Below, piece after piece: positions 40,271 through 48,840 of a stretch of 64,000 nt of DNA (the first letter of the stretch is position 1; every line of letters starts with the position of its first letter). This DNA is from Candidatus Binatia bacterium (GTDB lineage Bacteria > Desulfobacterota > Binatia > UBA9968 > JAJDTQ01). Location: the NCBI GenBank assembly GCA_963664535.1, contig OY761465.1, positions 841,350-905,349 of the forward strand, read 5' to 3'. Made by a program: the position numbers and the translations under genes. The notes beneath the pieces are model-generated. The model searched no databases and was not told the origin of the DNA. It saw only the letters and a program-made list of their open reading frames with translations.

Positions 40271-42709
40271 ATGGCCAAGGACAAGCCAGGAAAGGGCGGC
40301 GCCCCTCGGCTGCTGGAGGGCTACCGGGCGCTGGACCTCACGGACCGAAAGGGTCAGTTGTGCGGGCGCTTCCTCGCCGACCTCGGGGTGGAGGTGCTCA
40401 AGATCGAGGCGCCCGGCGGCGACCCGGTGCGGCGGCTGCCCCCTTTCGTGGGCGAGACCAGCCTGACCTTCGCGCACCTCAACGCCAACAAGCGCACCCT
40501 GGAGCTGGATCTGCAAACCGCCGAGGGGCGCGACCGGGTGCGGGGGTTGACGGCCGAGGCCGACATCCTCATCGAAAGCGGCGCCCCGGGATGGCTGGCG
40601 GAACTCGAGCTTGACTACGACCGGCTCAGGGAGATCAATCCCGCGCTGATCATGGCGTCCATCACCGGCTTCGGCCAGTGGGGCCCCCACAGCGGCTTCG
40701 CCTGCAATGACCTCGTGGTGTTCGCCATGTGCGGTCTGATGTCCATCTCCGGCGATCCGGAAAAGCCCCCGTGCGTGCCGCCCGAGACCCAGGCCTACTA
40801 CTTCGGCAGCCTCGTGGCAGCTCTGGGCATCGTGGCGGCGCTCCATCGACGCGAACGCACCGGCGCCGGCGACTGGATCGACGTGTCCATGCAGGAGGCG
40901 TTGGCCACCCAGGAGCACATGGTCCGGCTCTACGCCAACGAGCAGGAAATCCACACCCGCGCCGGGAGCCAGCACCAGCACGTGGCGCCGGCCAGGATCT
41001 TTCCGTGCCGGGACGGCTACGTCTACATGTATGTCAGCCGGCAGCACTGGCAGAGATTCCTCGACATCTGGCCCGGCCATCCCGAGGAGTTCGACGCGCC
41101 CGAATACCTTAACAACCTCTTCCGGCGATCCCACGCCGACGTCATCAATCCGGCGGTGAGCGAGTTCACCCGGCAGCAGTCGGTGGACGAGTTGACCCAC
41201 CGTCTCCAGTCCAACCGCATCCCGTGCCTGCCCGTGAACCCGCCGCTGGGCTTCCTGCGGGACCCGCACGTGGAAGGACGGCACTTCGTTCAGGAGGTGG
41301 CTTACCCGGACGGCACCTCGCTGACCCAGCCGGCCCTTCCCTGCCTGTTCAGCGGGTCGCGGCCCGAGGTCTTGTCTCCGCGACCGGTTGGACAAGATGG
41401 GTCGGAGGTCTGGTCGTCGGCGAGAAGTCGTGATCGGGCAGCGAACGACGGGGAGCCTTCCTCGGCCGCCGCTCCCGGAGAGGCGGGCGCGGAAGGCCAG
41501 GGCCTGCCGCTACAGGACATGCGCGTGCTGAGCTTCGACCACGTGCTGGCGGGCCCCTTCGGCATGATGCTGCTGGCGGACCTGGGCGCGGAGGTGCTCA
41601 AGGTGGAATCCGCCAAGGGCGGGCTCGATCCCTTCCGTTTCTTCGGCACCGGAGACGATCCCAACGCGTCGGCGCGTTTCCTGGAGTTCAACCGCAACAA
41701 GCGCTCGATCACCGTGAACCTCAAGCATCCCGAAGGACCCGGCCTGATCCGGGAGTTGGCCCAACACTGCGACCTCGTACTGGACAACTTCGCGGCGCGG
41801 GTCATGCCGGGTCTGGAGCTCGACTACGATCACCTGGTGGAGCTCAAGCCCGACATCGTCACCTTGCGGATGCCGGGGCTCGGCGCCACCGGGCCCAAGA
41901 AGGACTCTCTGACCCTGGGGACCATCATCACGGGATTCACCGGGTTCACCTGGCTGTGGAACGAATCCGCGGAGGTGAATCCTCCCGTGGGGTCCGGCAC
42001 CGTGCTGCCGGACTACGTGTCCGGGGTCGTGGCGGCAATCCTGTCCGTTGCGGTGACGCTCTACCGCCGGCGCACCGGCCGGGGGATGGCCATGGATCTG
42101 GCCCAGGCGGAGGCGGCCGCATTCCTCATCGGCACCGCCATGATCCAGGCCGCCAACACCGACACCGAGCCGGTTGCGGTCGGTAACCGGTCCCCCTACC
42201 ACGCTCCCTACGGGATCTACCCCTGCGAGGGCGACGACCGCTGGTGCGTCGTCGCCGCCGAGGACGATGCGCAGTGGGGCAGGCTGGCCGCGGCCATCGG
42301 ACGGCCGGAGCTGCCCGGCGACCCGCGTTTCCGGAGCGTCCAGGACCGTATCCGCAACCGCGCCGAGCTGGACGCCGTCATCGAGGACTGGACCCGCACA
42401 CGCGACTGCCACGAGGTCATGCGGCTGCTGCAGGCGGAAGGGATTCCTTGCGGGGCGGTGCAGAACGGCGCCGACCTGGTGAAGAACGATCCGCACCTGC
42501 AGGCCCGCGACTTTCTCGGGACCCATGACAACTCCCGCTTTGGGCGCCTCACCCTACCCTGCCTTCCCATCCGCTTCACCCGGAGCGACATGGCCCAGGA
42601 CTGGGTCTTCCCCGACCTCGGCCGGGACACCGACCGGACACTGCGGGACGTGCTGGGATACGATGACGCACGTATCCGGCAGCTCCGCGAGGACGGAGCG
42701 CTGGAGTAG
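40271..42709 (+). CDS. tandem fusion of two family III CoA-transferase (CaiB/BaiF) modules, 812 aa
   Basis: two complete repeats, each with the motif ALDLTDRKGQLCGRFLADLGAEVLKIE / VLSFDHVLAGPFGMMLLADLGAEVLKVE and a catalytic-Asp region. Confidence 0.75.
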   Translation: MAKDKPGKGGAPRLLEGYRALDLTDRKGQLCGRFLADLGVEVLKIEAPGGDPVRRLPPFVGETSLTFAHLNANKRTLELDLQTAEGRDRVRGLTAEADILIESGAPGWLAELELDYDRLREINPALIMASITGFGQWGPHSGFACNDLVVFAMCGLMSISGDPEKPPCVPPETQAYYFGSLVAALGIVAALHRRERTGAGDWIDVSMQEALATQEHMVRLYANEQEIHTRAGSQHQHVAPARIFPCRDGYVYMYVSRQHWQRFLDIWPGHPEEFDAPEYLNNLFRRSHADVINPAVSEFTRQQSVDELTHRLQSNRIPCLPVNPPLGFLRDPHVEGRHFVQEVAYPDGTSLTQPALPCLFSGSRPEVLSPRPVGQDGSEVWSSARSRDRAANDGEPSSAAAPGEAGAEGQGLPLQDMRVLSFDHVLAGPFGMMLLADLGAEVLKVESAKGGLDPFRFFGTGDDPNASARFLEFNRNKRSITVNLKHPEGPGLIRELAQHCDLVLDNFAARVMPGLELDYDHLVELKPDIVTLRMPGLGATGPKKDSLTLGTIITGFTGFTWLWNESAEVNPPVGSGTVLPDYVSGVVAAILSVAVTLYRRRTGRGMAMDLAQAEAAAFLIGTAMIQAANTDTEPVAVGNRSPYHAPYGIYPCEGDDRWCVVAAEDDAQWGRLAAAIGRPELPGDPRFRSVQDRIRNRAELDAVIEDWTRTRDCHEVMRLLQAEGIPCGAVQNGADLVKNDPHLQARDFLGTHDNSRFGRLTLPCLPIRFTRSDMAQDWVFPDLGRDTDRTLRDVLGYDDARIRQLREDGALE

Positions 42710-42735
42710 CCCGCGATGACGGGTTGGAAATTCTG

Positions 42736-44457
42736 TCACACCTGCAGGCTGTATCGCCGTGTCAGGCGGTGGAACAGGACGGCCAGGACCACGGTGCCGG
42801 CGGTGACGCCGAGGCTGAAGGCGGCCAGGGTGCTGACGTTGCCGTTCTCCCAGAGCTCCCAGATGATCACGGCGATGACCTGCGAGCCGGGGCTGTAGAG
42901 GAGCAGGGCCACGGACAGCTCCCGGATGGTGATGAGGAAGATGTAGATCCAGCCGGCGAAGAGCGCGGGCAGCATCAGCGGCACCACGATCTTCCACGCC
43001 ACCTGGCCCCAGGTGGCGCCGCTGGTGGTGGCGCTCTCCTCCAACTCGCGGTGGATGCCCAGGAGCCCGGCGTGGCTGAAGCGGATGGCGTAGGGCAGAT
43101 ACCGGGGGACGAACGCCAGGACCATGATCCAGATGGTACCGTACACGGGCAGCGGCACGGTCAAGTACATTTTGAGAATGGCCACGCCCATGACGATGCC
43201 GGGGAATACCAGCGGCAGCATGGCCAACTGATCCAGGCCCCAACGCCAGCGGATGTTGGTGCGGGCCACCAGCCACACCGTCACGAAGGCCAGGAACATG
43301 GCCCCGGTGGCCGAGGTGAAGCTGATGGTGAGGCTGTTGAGCACGGAGCGGAGAATGGTGTCGTCGCTGAAGGCGGTGACGTAGTTTTCCAGGGTGAGGT
43401 TTCCGAGGGCCTCCATGGAAGGCGCCTGGAGGTAGGGCACCAGCGAAGACCACAGCATGGCGCCGATGGGCAGCACCTGCAGGAAGGGCAGCACCAGCAG
43501 CACCGTCCCGCCCAGCCAGCGCCAGCGGCCCAGGTCCTTGCGCCGGGGGTTGAAGCCCTTGCCGGTGACCGTGGTGAAGCGGTGGGCATGCTGGGTCACC
43601 CGGTAGTAGGGCACCATGGCCAGCGCCACCAGCGCGATGAGCAGCACGGAGTAGGCGCTGGCGTTGCCGTACTCGGGCAGATAGCCGTCGGTCAGTTGCA
43701 GATAGATCTCGGTGGTGAACACCTCGACCCCGGCCGGGATGCCGATCAGCGCCGGGATCTCGAACGCCTCCAGGGTGCGGATGAAGGTGAGAATCAACAC
43801 CGACAGCACGCTGGGCGTGGCCATGGGCAGGGTCACCCGCTTGAACACCTGCCAGTCCGTGCTTCCCGCCACCACCGCCGCCTCCTCCAGGGCCGGGTCC
43901 ATGGACCGGAACGGCGTCGCCATGAGCAGGAACACGATGGGCAGCCAGAGGAAACCCTCGGTGAGGATCATCCCCTCCATGGAGAAGACGTCGAACACCG
44001 GCCCCATGCCGGTAACCGAACTCACGGCGACGTTGAGGAACCCCGCCTTGGGTCCCAGCAGCAGGATCCAGCCGATGACCTTGACGATGCCCGGGATCGC
44101 GAACGAGACAAAGGCCGACACGTAGGCCACCGCCCGGAACGGGGCGTTGGTCCGCTCCGCCAGCCACGCCATCAGCGTGCCCAGGAGCAGCGACCACAAC
44201 GCGCTTCCCGAGGAGAAGATGAAGGAGTTCCACGAGAGCAGCGCGAAGTCCGAGAACGACTCGAAGATATCGAGGAAGTGGGTGACGGTGAAGGCGCCGA
44301 CATCGGCGCCGCGCTCCACCGTGAGGCTGAAGTAGCCGATGAAGAACAGCGGCGGCACCACCAGGTAGAGCAGCACCGCTGCCAGCGGCACGAATAGCCA
44401 CAGCGGATATCCCCGGCTCCGGTTTCTCAGCCCGGTAAGGGTGGCTACGAGTCGCAA
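42736..44457 (-). CDS. ABC transporter permease, Fe(III)/thiamine-type, with duplicated transmembrane domains
   Basis: two MetI-like permease domains, each with an EAA-type loop (EEAAVVAGST / ELEESATTSGAT). Confidence 0.75.
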   Translation of the reverse strand: MRLVATLTGLRNRSRGYPLWLFVPLAAVLLYLVVPPLFFIGYFSLTVERGADVGAFTVTHFLDIFESFSDFALLSWNSFIFSSGSALWSLLLGTLMAWLAERTNAPFRAVAYVSAFVSFAIPGIVKVIGWILLLGPKAGFLNVAVSSVTGMGPVFDVFSMEGMILTEGFLWLPIVFLLMATPFRSMDPALEEAAVVAGSTDWQVFKRVTLPMATPSVLSVLILTFIRTLEAFEIPALIGIPAGVEVFTTEIYLQLTDGYLPEYGNASAYSVLLIALVALAMVPYYRVTQHAHRFTTVTGKGFNPRRKDLGRWRWLGGTVLLVLPFLQVLPIGAMLWSSLVPYLQAPSMEALGNLTLENYVTAFSDDTILRSVLNSLTISFTSATGAMFLAFVTVWLVARTNIRWRWGLDQLAMLPLVFPGIVMGVAILKMYLTVPLPVYGTIWIMVLAFVPRYLPYAIRFSHAGLLGIHRELEESATTSGATWGQVAWKIVVPLMLPALFAGWIYIFLITIRELSVALLLYSPGSQVIAVIIWELWENGNVSTLAAFSLGVTAGTVVLAVLFHRLTRRYSLQV

Positions 44458-44589
44458 GGCTGTTCTCGATAGACGGGCCGGAAAAGCGCCTCGCGCTCGC
44501 CCGGCCCGTCATGCGTAAAGGGTCACGGCTCTCCGAAAGACCGTCGGTTTTCGCGAACCGGTGAAATCAAATGCACCCGCCCGCGGCCG

Positions 44590-45636
44590 CTACTTGCGGC
44601 CGATGGTGGTGAGCGTCTTGTTCCACCGCTTTTCCGTGTCGAGGTACTGTTCGCGGGTCATGCCCGCTTCCGGGTACCACCGCTTGAAGCCGGGGTCCTT
44701 CCAGGCGCTGCCGTTGTGGTGCTCCTGGAGGATCTTCTGTCCCTCGGGGCCCAGGACGAAGTCGGCCATCAGCAGCGCCGCGTGCGGGTGTGGCGCATTC
44801 CTGGAGATGGCGAAACCCCCTGCATTGGCCACCACGACTTCCAGCGGCAGCCACTCGATGGGCGCGCCCTTGGCAATGGCGGTGACGGCGTGGTTGCGGA
44901 AGGTGCTGAACGAGACCCCCACCTCGCCGGAGACCACCATGTCCAGCAGCGCGCGTCCGGAAACCGCGTGAAGGCTGATCCCCTGGGACTTGAGCGAGTC
45001 GGCGAACTCCTTCCCCTTGATGTGGATCAGGGCGCCGATGGCCCGTTTGCCGCTGGAGGTAGTGGCGAGACCGATCTTTCCCTTGAGGGCGGGATTCGAA
45101 AGGTCGCCGAACCCCCTGGGGACGGCGCCGGCCGGAATCGCTTTCTTGTTGTAGGTGAGCGACATGTAGGATTCCCGGTCCGTGGCCCAGTAGACCACCC
45201 CCTTGCCGGCGGAGTGCCTGGCCACGTCCGGATAGGTGCTCAGCCGCGGAGAGGTGTAGGGCGCCAGCAGCTTGGCGTCGCGCACGATCATCAGGGTCGG
45301 CGGCGTGGTCTCGAGCACGTCGAAGATGTGCCGGCCCGATTCCGCCTCGCCGAAGACACGCGGCAGGAGCCGCTTGCTGCTGCCCCGAAATGCTTCCACC
45401 TGGATCCCGTACTTCTCCCCGAAGGCCTTGGCCAACGCCTTGTAGTTGGTCCCGGCCATGGACGTGTACCAGACCAGCTTGCCTTCCTTCTTGGCCTCCG
45501 CCAGGAGCTTCTGCTCGCGGTCCTTCCCCTGATACTTGGTGGCCAGCTCCGTCACATTGGCGGCGTCAAGCGCCGGCGCCCACCAGAGCAGCGCGGCAGC
45601 CATCAAACCCAAAAGAGCGCGTGAACCGAATTTCAT
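44590..45636 (-). CDS. ABC transporter periplasmic substrate-binding protein (Fe3+/FbpA-like family 1)
   Basis: signal peptide; SBP-1 fold signatures; adjacent to the permease. Confidence 0.7.
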   Translation of the reverse strand: MKFGSRALLGLMAAALLWWAPALDAANVTELATKYQGKDREQKLLAEAKKEGKLVWYTSMAGTNYKALAKAFGEKYGIQVEAFRGSSKRLLPRVFGEAESGRHIFDVLETTPPTLMIVRDAKLLAPYTSPRLSTYPDVARHSAGKGVVYWATDRESYMSLTYNKKAIPAGAVPRGFGDLSNPALKGKIGLATTSSGKRAIGALIHIKGKEFADSLKSQGISLHAVSGRALLDMVVSGEVGVSFSTFRNHAVTAIAKGAPIEWLPLEVVVANAGGFAISRNAPHPHAALLMADFVLGPEGQKILQEHHNGSAWKDPGFKRWYPEAGMTREQYLDTEKRWNKTLTTIGRK

Positions 45637-45700
45637 GGTATTCCCTCCTCTCGGTCCGGGGCGACCGCCGGTCGCCCCTACAATCCAGCCGGGGTGGACC

Positions 45701-46471
45701 CTACGGTTCGTAGGACAAGTTGGAACGCACCAGGTTGCTGATGCGACGGTGCATGGGGTTCTTGAGTTCCTCGCCGATATGGGCCATGGCCCCCAGGGTG
45801 CGGCCGATGAGGGCGAAGGACTTGGCCATCTGCCACTGGAGCCCCATGTCCGAGGCGATGGCGGCGATGGCGCCGGTGACGTTGATGGGCAGGCCCCGGT
45901 TGTGGCGCGCCTCCGCGGCCTTCTTGATCTCTTCCAGGAACTCGCAGTAGCGCCCGCGCACGCCGGTCTCGGCGGCGATCTCGTACAGCCGGTCGGCGCG
46001 GGGGTCGCCTTCGGAGTGGGTGGCGTGGCCGATGCCGGCGACCCGCTGCTTGCGGTTGGAGTGGTCTGCCACCACGCCCTGGGCCGCCGCGGCGAGGTCG
46101 GCGTCGCCGCTGTCCAGCGGCAGCGCGTCCTGCAGCATCTTGGCGCAGTACTCCGACGAGCCCAAGTGCACGCTGCCGGCTCCCAGCAGCGCCGCGGCCA
46201 CGGCGCCCTGGATCGCTTCCGGCGCGGTGGACACCGTCAAGCGGGCCGCGACGATGTTGCCCACCATGCCGTGCTCCACCAGGACGTTGAGCAAGGCGTC
46301 GGTCATCCGCCCCTCGTTCTCCGAGGGAACCCGCCCCACCAGCATCAGGAAGGTCATCTGACCGAAGCTGAGCTTGCCCAGGATATCCTTGGTAAGGTCG
46401 ATGTTGCGGACCAGGACACGATGCAGCTCGGCCTTGCCCAAACCGGTTACGATCTTGGTGTCGTCGCTCAT
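45701..46471 (-). CDS. citrate synthase-like protein (short citryl-CoA lyase-type)
   Basis: citrate synthase catalytic His region GIGHATHSEGDPRA; only ~256 aa. Confidence 0.6.
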   Translation of the reverse strand: MSDDTKIVTGLGKAELHRVLVRNIDLTKDILGKLSFGQMTFLMLVGRVPSENEGRMTDALLNVLVEHGMVGNIVAARLTVSTAPEAIQGAVAAALLGAGSVHLGSSEYCAKMLQDALPLDSGDADLAAAAQGVVADHSNRKQRVAGIGHATHSEGDPRADRLYEIAAETGVRGRYCEFLEEIKKAAEARHNRGLPINVTGAIAAIASDMGLQWQMAKSFALIGRTLGAMAHIGEELKNPMHRRISNLVRSNLSYEP

Positions 46472-46508
46472 TGAGATCTCCCTGTGTTCCGGCGCCATGC
46501 CGGGCACG

Positions 46509-46527
46509 GGCGGGCTTGAAACCCGCC
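46509..46527. terminator. GC hairpin GGCGGG-CTTGAAA-CCCGCC downstream of the hydantoinase operon
   Basis: 6-bp stem seen in the sequence; belongs to a recurring GAAACCCGCCCCT motif. Confidence 0.25.
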
Positions 46528-46574
46528 CCTGCGAATCCCCCCGAACTGTCGGGTGAAATGCCGAACGTCGGGTG

Positions 46575-48800
46575 TCACACGTCGATGCGCGTATCCCACA
46601 GGATCGGATCGCCGCCCATGGCGGGGCAGAACAGATCCACCTGCAACTGCACCCGGCAGCCCGGACAACTGTACTCGTGGTACTCGCCGATGTAGGGCTC
46701 GCCGGACGGCAGAGCGTCTTCCATGTAGTCGTTCAGGTCGACGATTCGCCGCAGCGCATAGTTCTTGTAGTTTTCCTCGGGGCCGCAGTAGAGGTGCCCG
46801 CAGTGGACGCAGCGGATGGCGTGCTGTCCGTCCCGGCGGGCGATCTCCAGGCTCGCGTGAAAGCGCAGCACCGAGTCATACTCCGCCGCCTGACCGGGAT
46901 CCAGGGCCGAGGTCTTCCCGGACGGCGGCGCCCCGAGCTGCTTGCGCTCGGCCCGGGCCCGCTCCCGCAGGCTCTGGGTCGCCGCCGTGTCCACGGAGCG
47001 GCCGTCGTCGGACAGCACCACGCCGTACACCTCCTCGCCGATCTTGGCGGTGAGCCAGCCGCGGCCGAAATCCCGCAACACCAGCGCGGGGTCGCGTTCC
47101 AGCGGGTCGCCGAAACCGCCGCCGCCGGCCACGTAGTCGATCAGGAGGCTTCCCTCCGGCAACGCCACGCGCTCCGGCACCCCGTCGGGATGCACCACCC
47201 GGCCCCAGGTCCCGTCCCGCATGCCGGCGCCGTCCGGGTACTCGCCGTCCTTGACCCGGTCCAGCAGCTCCATGCCGGCGTCCACCATGTAGCGCAGCAC
47301 GCTCTTGCCGGTGGGATAGCCGCCGCACAGGCCGTAGCCGCCCTGGGCCACGCCGCCGTAGGGCTTGTAGTCGACGCTGCAGTCCTGGGAACCGTAGATC
47401 CAGTAGAGGCGGTAGCTGCCGAGACCGCCGCGGTATTTGCCGAAGCCGCTGCCGTCGGGGTTATGTCCCCGGGTGAAGTAGAGGAACGGATACTGCATCT
47501 CGATGCGCTCGATGTCGCTGATGCCGGCGGAGGGGATGTTCATATGGCCGCCGGTGTTGACGCCGTCCCGCAACGGGGCGCCGCCCATGCCGGCGCCGTG
47601 GATGTCGTACAGTCCTTGCGCCACCCGGATGCCGTCGCGGGTATGGCCGCCGTAGAAGTAGCCGGGGCCGCCGGCGTAGGCCAGGTTGCCGGTGGTGGAG
47701 GCGTTGACGTCGTCCGCCCGGCCGGCGGCGTAGAGCATCTTGGAGACGCATTCGCAGATGGTGGAGACCAGCACGTTGCCCACCCGGGGCGCGGCGCCGC
47801 AGGCCGCCGGGAAGGTGCAGTTCAGGATGGAGCCCTCCGGCACCTTGAGGGTCACCGGCCTCATCTTGCCGTCGCTCCAGGGCACGTCCCAGAACAGCGC
47901 GTTGGTGAGCGCCAGAGTAATGTGCGCCGCGGTGCTGGGGAACGTGGAGTTGTGGTCCGTGTCGGTCTGGGGGCTGGTCCCTTCCAGGTCGAACTCCAGC
48001 TCGTCGCCCTTCTTGGTCATGGTGCAGTAGAGCTGCTGGGCCACGGCCTTGCGCGACTTGCGGTCCAGGGTGGTGACGTACTCGCGGGAGACCCAGGTCC
48101 CGTCCGGCAGGGAGCGCAGCTTGGCCCGGGCCTTGGCCTCGGAGTCCTCGATCATGCGCCGGCCGGCGGCCTCGACGAAGTCGGCGCCGAACTTCTCCAC
48201 CAGCCCCAGGTAGCGGTCGGCGCAGACGTTGTTGCCGGCGATCATGGCCTTCATGTCGAGCCCCACGTACTGCGGGTCCCGGCACATGCCGGTGAGGGTG
48301 CGGAACACGTCCTCGCGGAACTCGCCCTTCTCCACGATCTTGAGGCCGCTGATGCAGATTCCCTCGTGGAAGACTTCGAGCGCGCCGCCCCGCAGCACGC
48401 CGCCGGTGTCGGCGGTGTGGGTGCTGGTGGCGGTCCAGGCGATCAACTCGCCGCCGTGGAAGATGGGCTTGATGACCATCATGTCGTAGGTGTGGGAGCC
48501 GGCCACGTAGGGATCGTTGAAAAAGAACTGGTCGCCGTCGTAGAACCCCGGCGACTCCTGGAAGTACTCCATCATGTTCTTGATGGCCTGGGAGGTGGCG
48601 GCCGCGAACCGCAGGTGGCCGGAGCACGCCAGCACCATGACGCCCTTGGCGTCGTAGAACGAGCTCATGCACTCCCCGCCCTGGGCGACGATGGGGGAAG
48701 CGGTGACGCGCTGCAGCGTCATGCGACCTTCTTCCCCGATGGCCCAGAGCCGGTGGAAGTACATCTCGTAACGAATGGGATCAACCGCTGTCGGTTCCAT
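46575..48800 (-). CDS. hydantoinase B/oxoprolinase family protein (acetone-carboxylase alpha-like) with a C-terminal Cys4 zinc-ribbon-like tail
   Basis: HyuB core; C-terminus CVHCGH...CPGC. Confidence 0.8.
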   Translation of the reverse strand: MEPTAVDPIRYEMYFHRLWAIGEEGRMTLQRVTASPIVAQGGECMSSFYDAKGVMVLACSGHLRFAAATSQAIKNMMEYFQESPGFYDGDQFFFNDPYVAGSHTYDMMVIKPIFHGGELIAWTATSTHTADTGGVLRGGALEVFHEGICISGLKIVEKGEFREDVFRTLTGMCRDPQYVGLDMKAMIAGNNVCADRYLGLVEKFGADFVEAAGRRMIEDSEAKARAKLRSLPDGTWVSREYVTTLDRKSRKAVAQQLYCTMTKKGDELEFDLEGTSPQTDTDHNSTFPSTAAHITLALTNALFWDVPWSDGKMRPVTLKVPEGSILNCTFPAACGAAPRVGNVLVSTICECVSKMLYAAGRADDVNASTTGNLAYAGGPGYFYGGHTRDGIRVAQGLYDIHGAGMGGAPLRDGVNTGGHMNIPSAGISDIERIEMQYPFLYFTRGHNPDGSGFGKYRGGLGSYRLYWIYGSQDCSVDYKPYGGVAQGGYGLCGGYPTGKSVLRYMVDAGMELLDRVKDGEYPDGAGMRDGTWGRVVHPDGVPERVALPEGSLLIDYVAGGGGFGDPLERDPALVLRDFGRGWLTAKIGEEVYGVVLSDDGRSVDTAATQSLRERARAERKQLGAPPSGKTSALDPGQAAEYDSVLRFHASLEIARRDGQHAIRCVHCGHLYCGPEENYKNYALRRIVDLNDYMEDALPSGEPYIGEYHEYSCPGCRVQLQVDLFCPAMGGDPILWDTRIDV

Positions 48801-48840
48801 CAGTGACTCCTGCGGGTAGGGTTCTTGTATCCCGGTTTCC

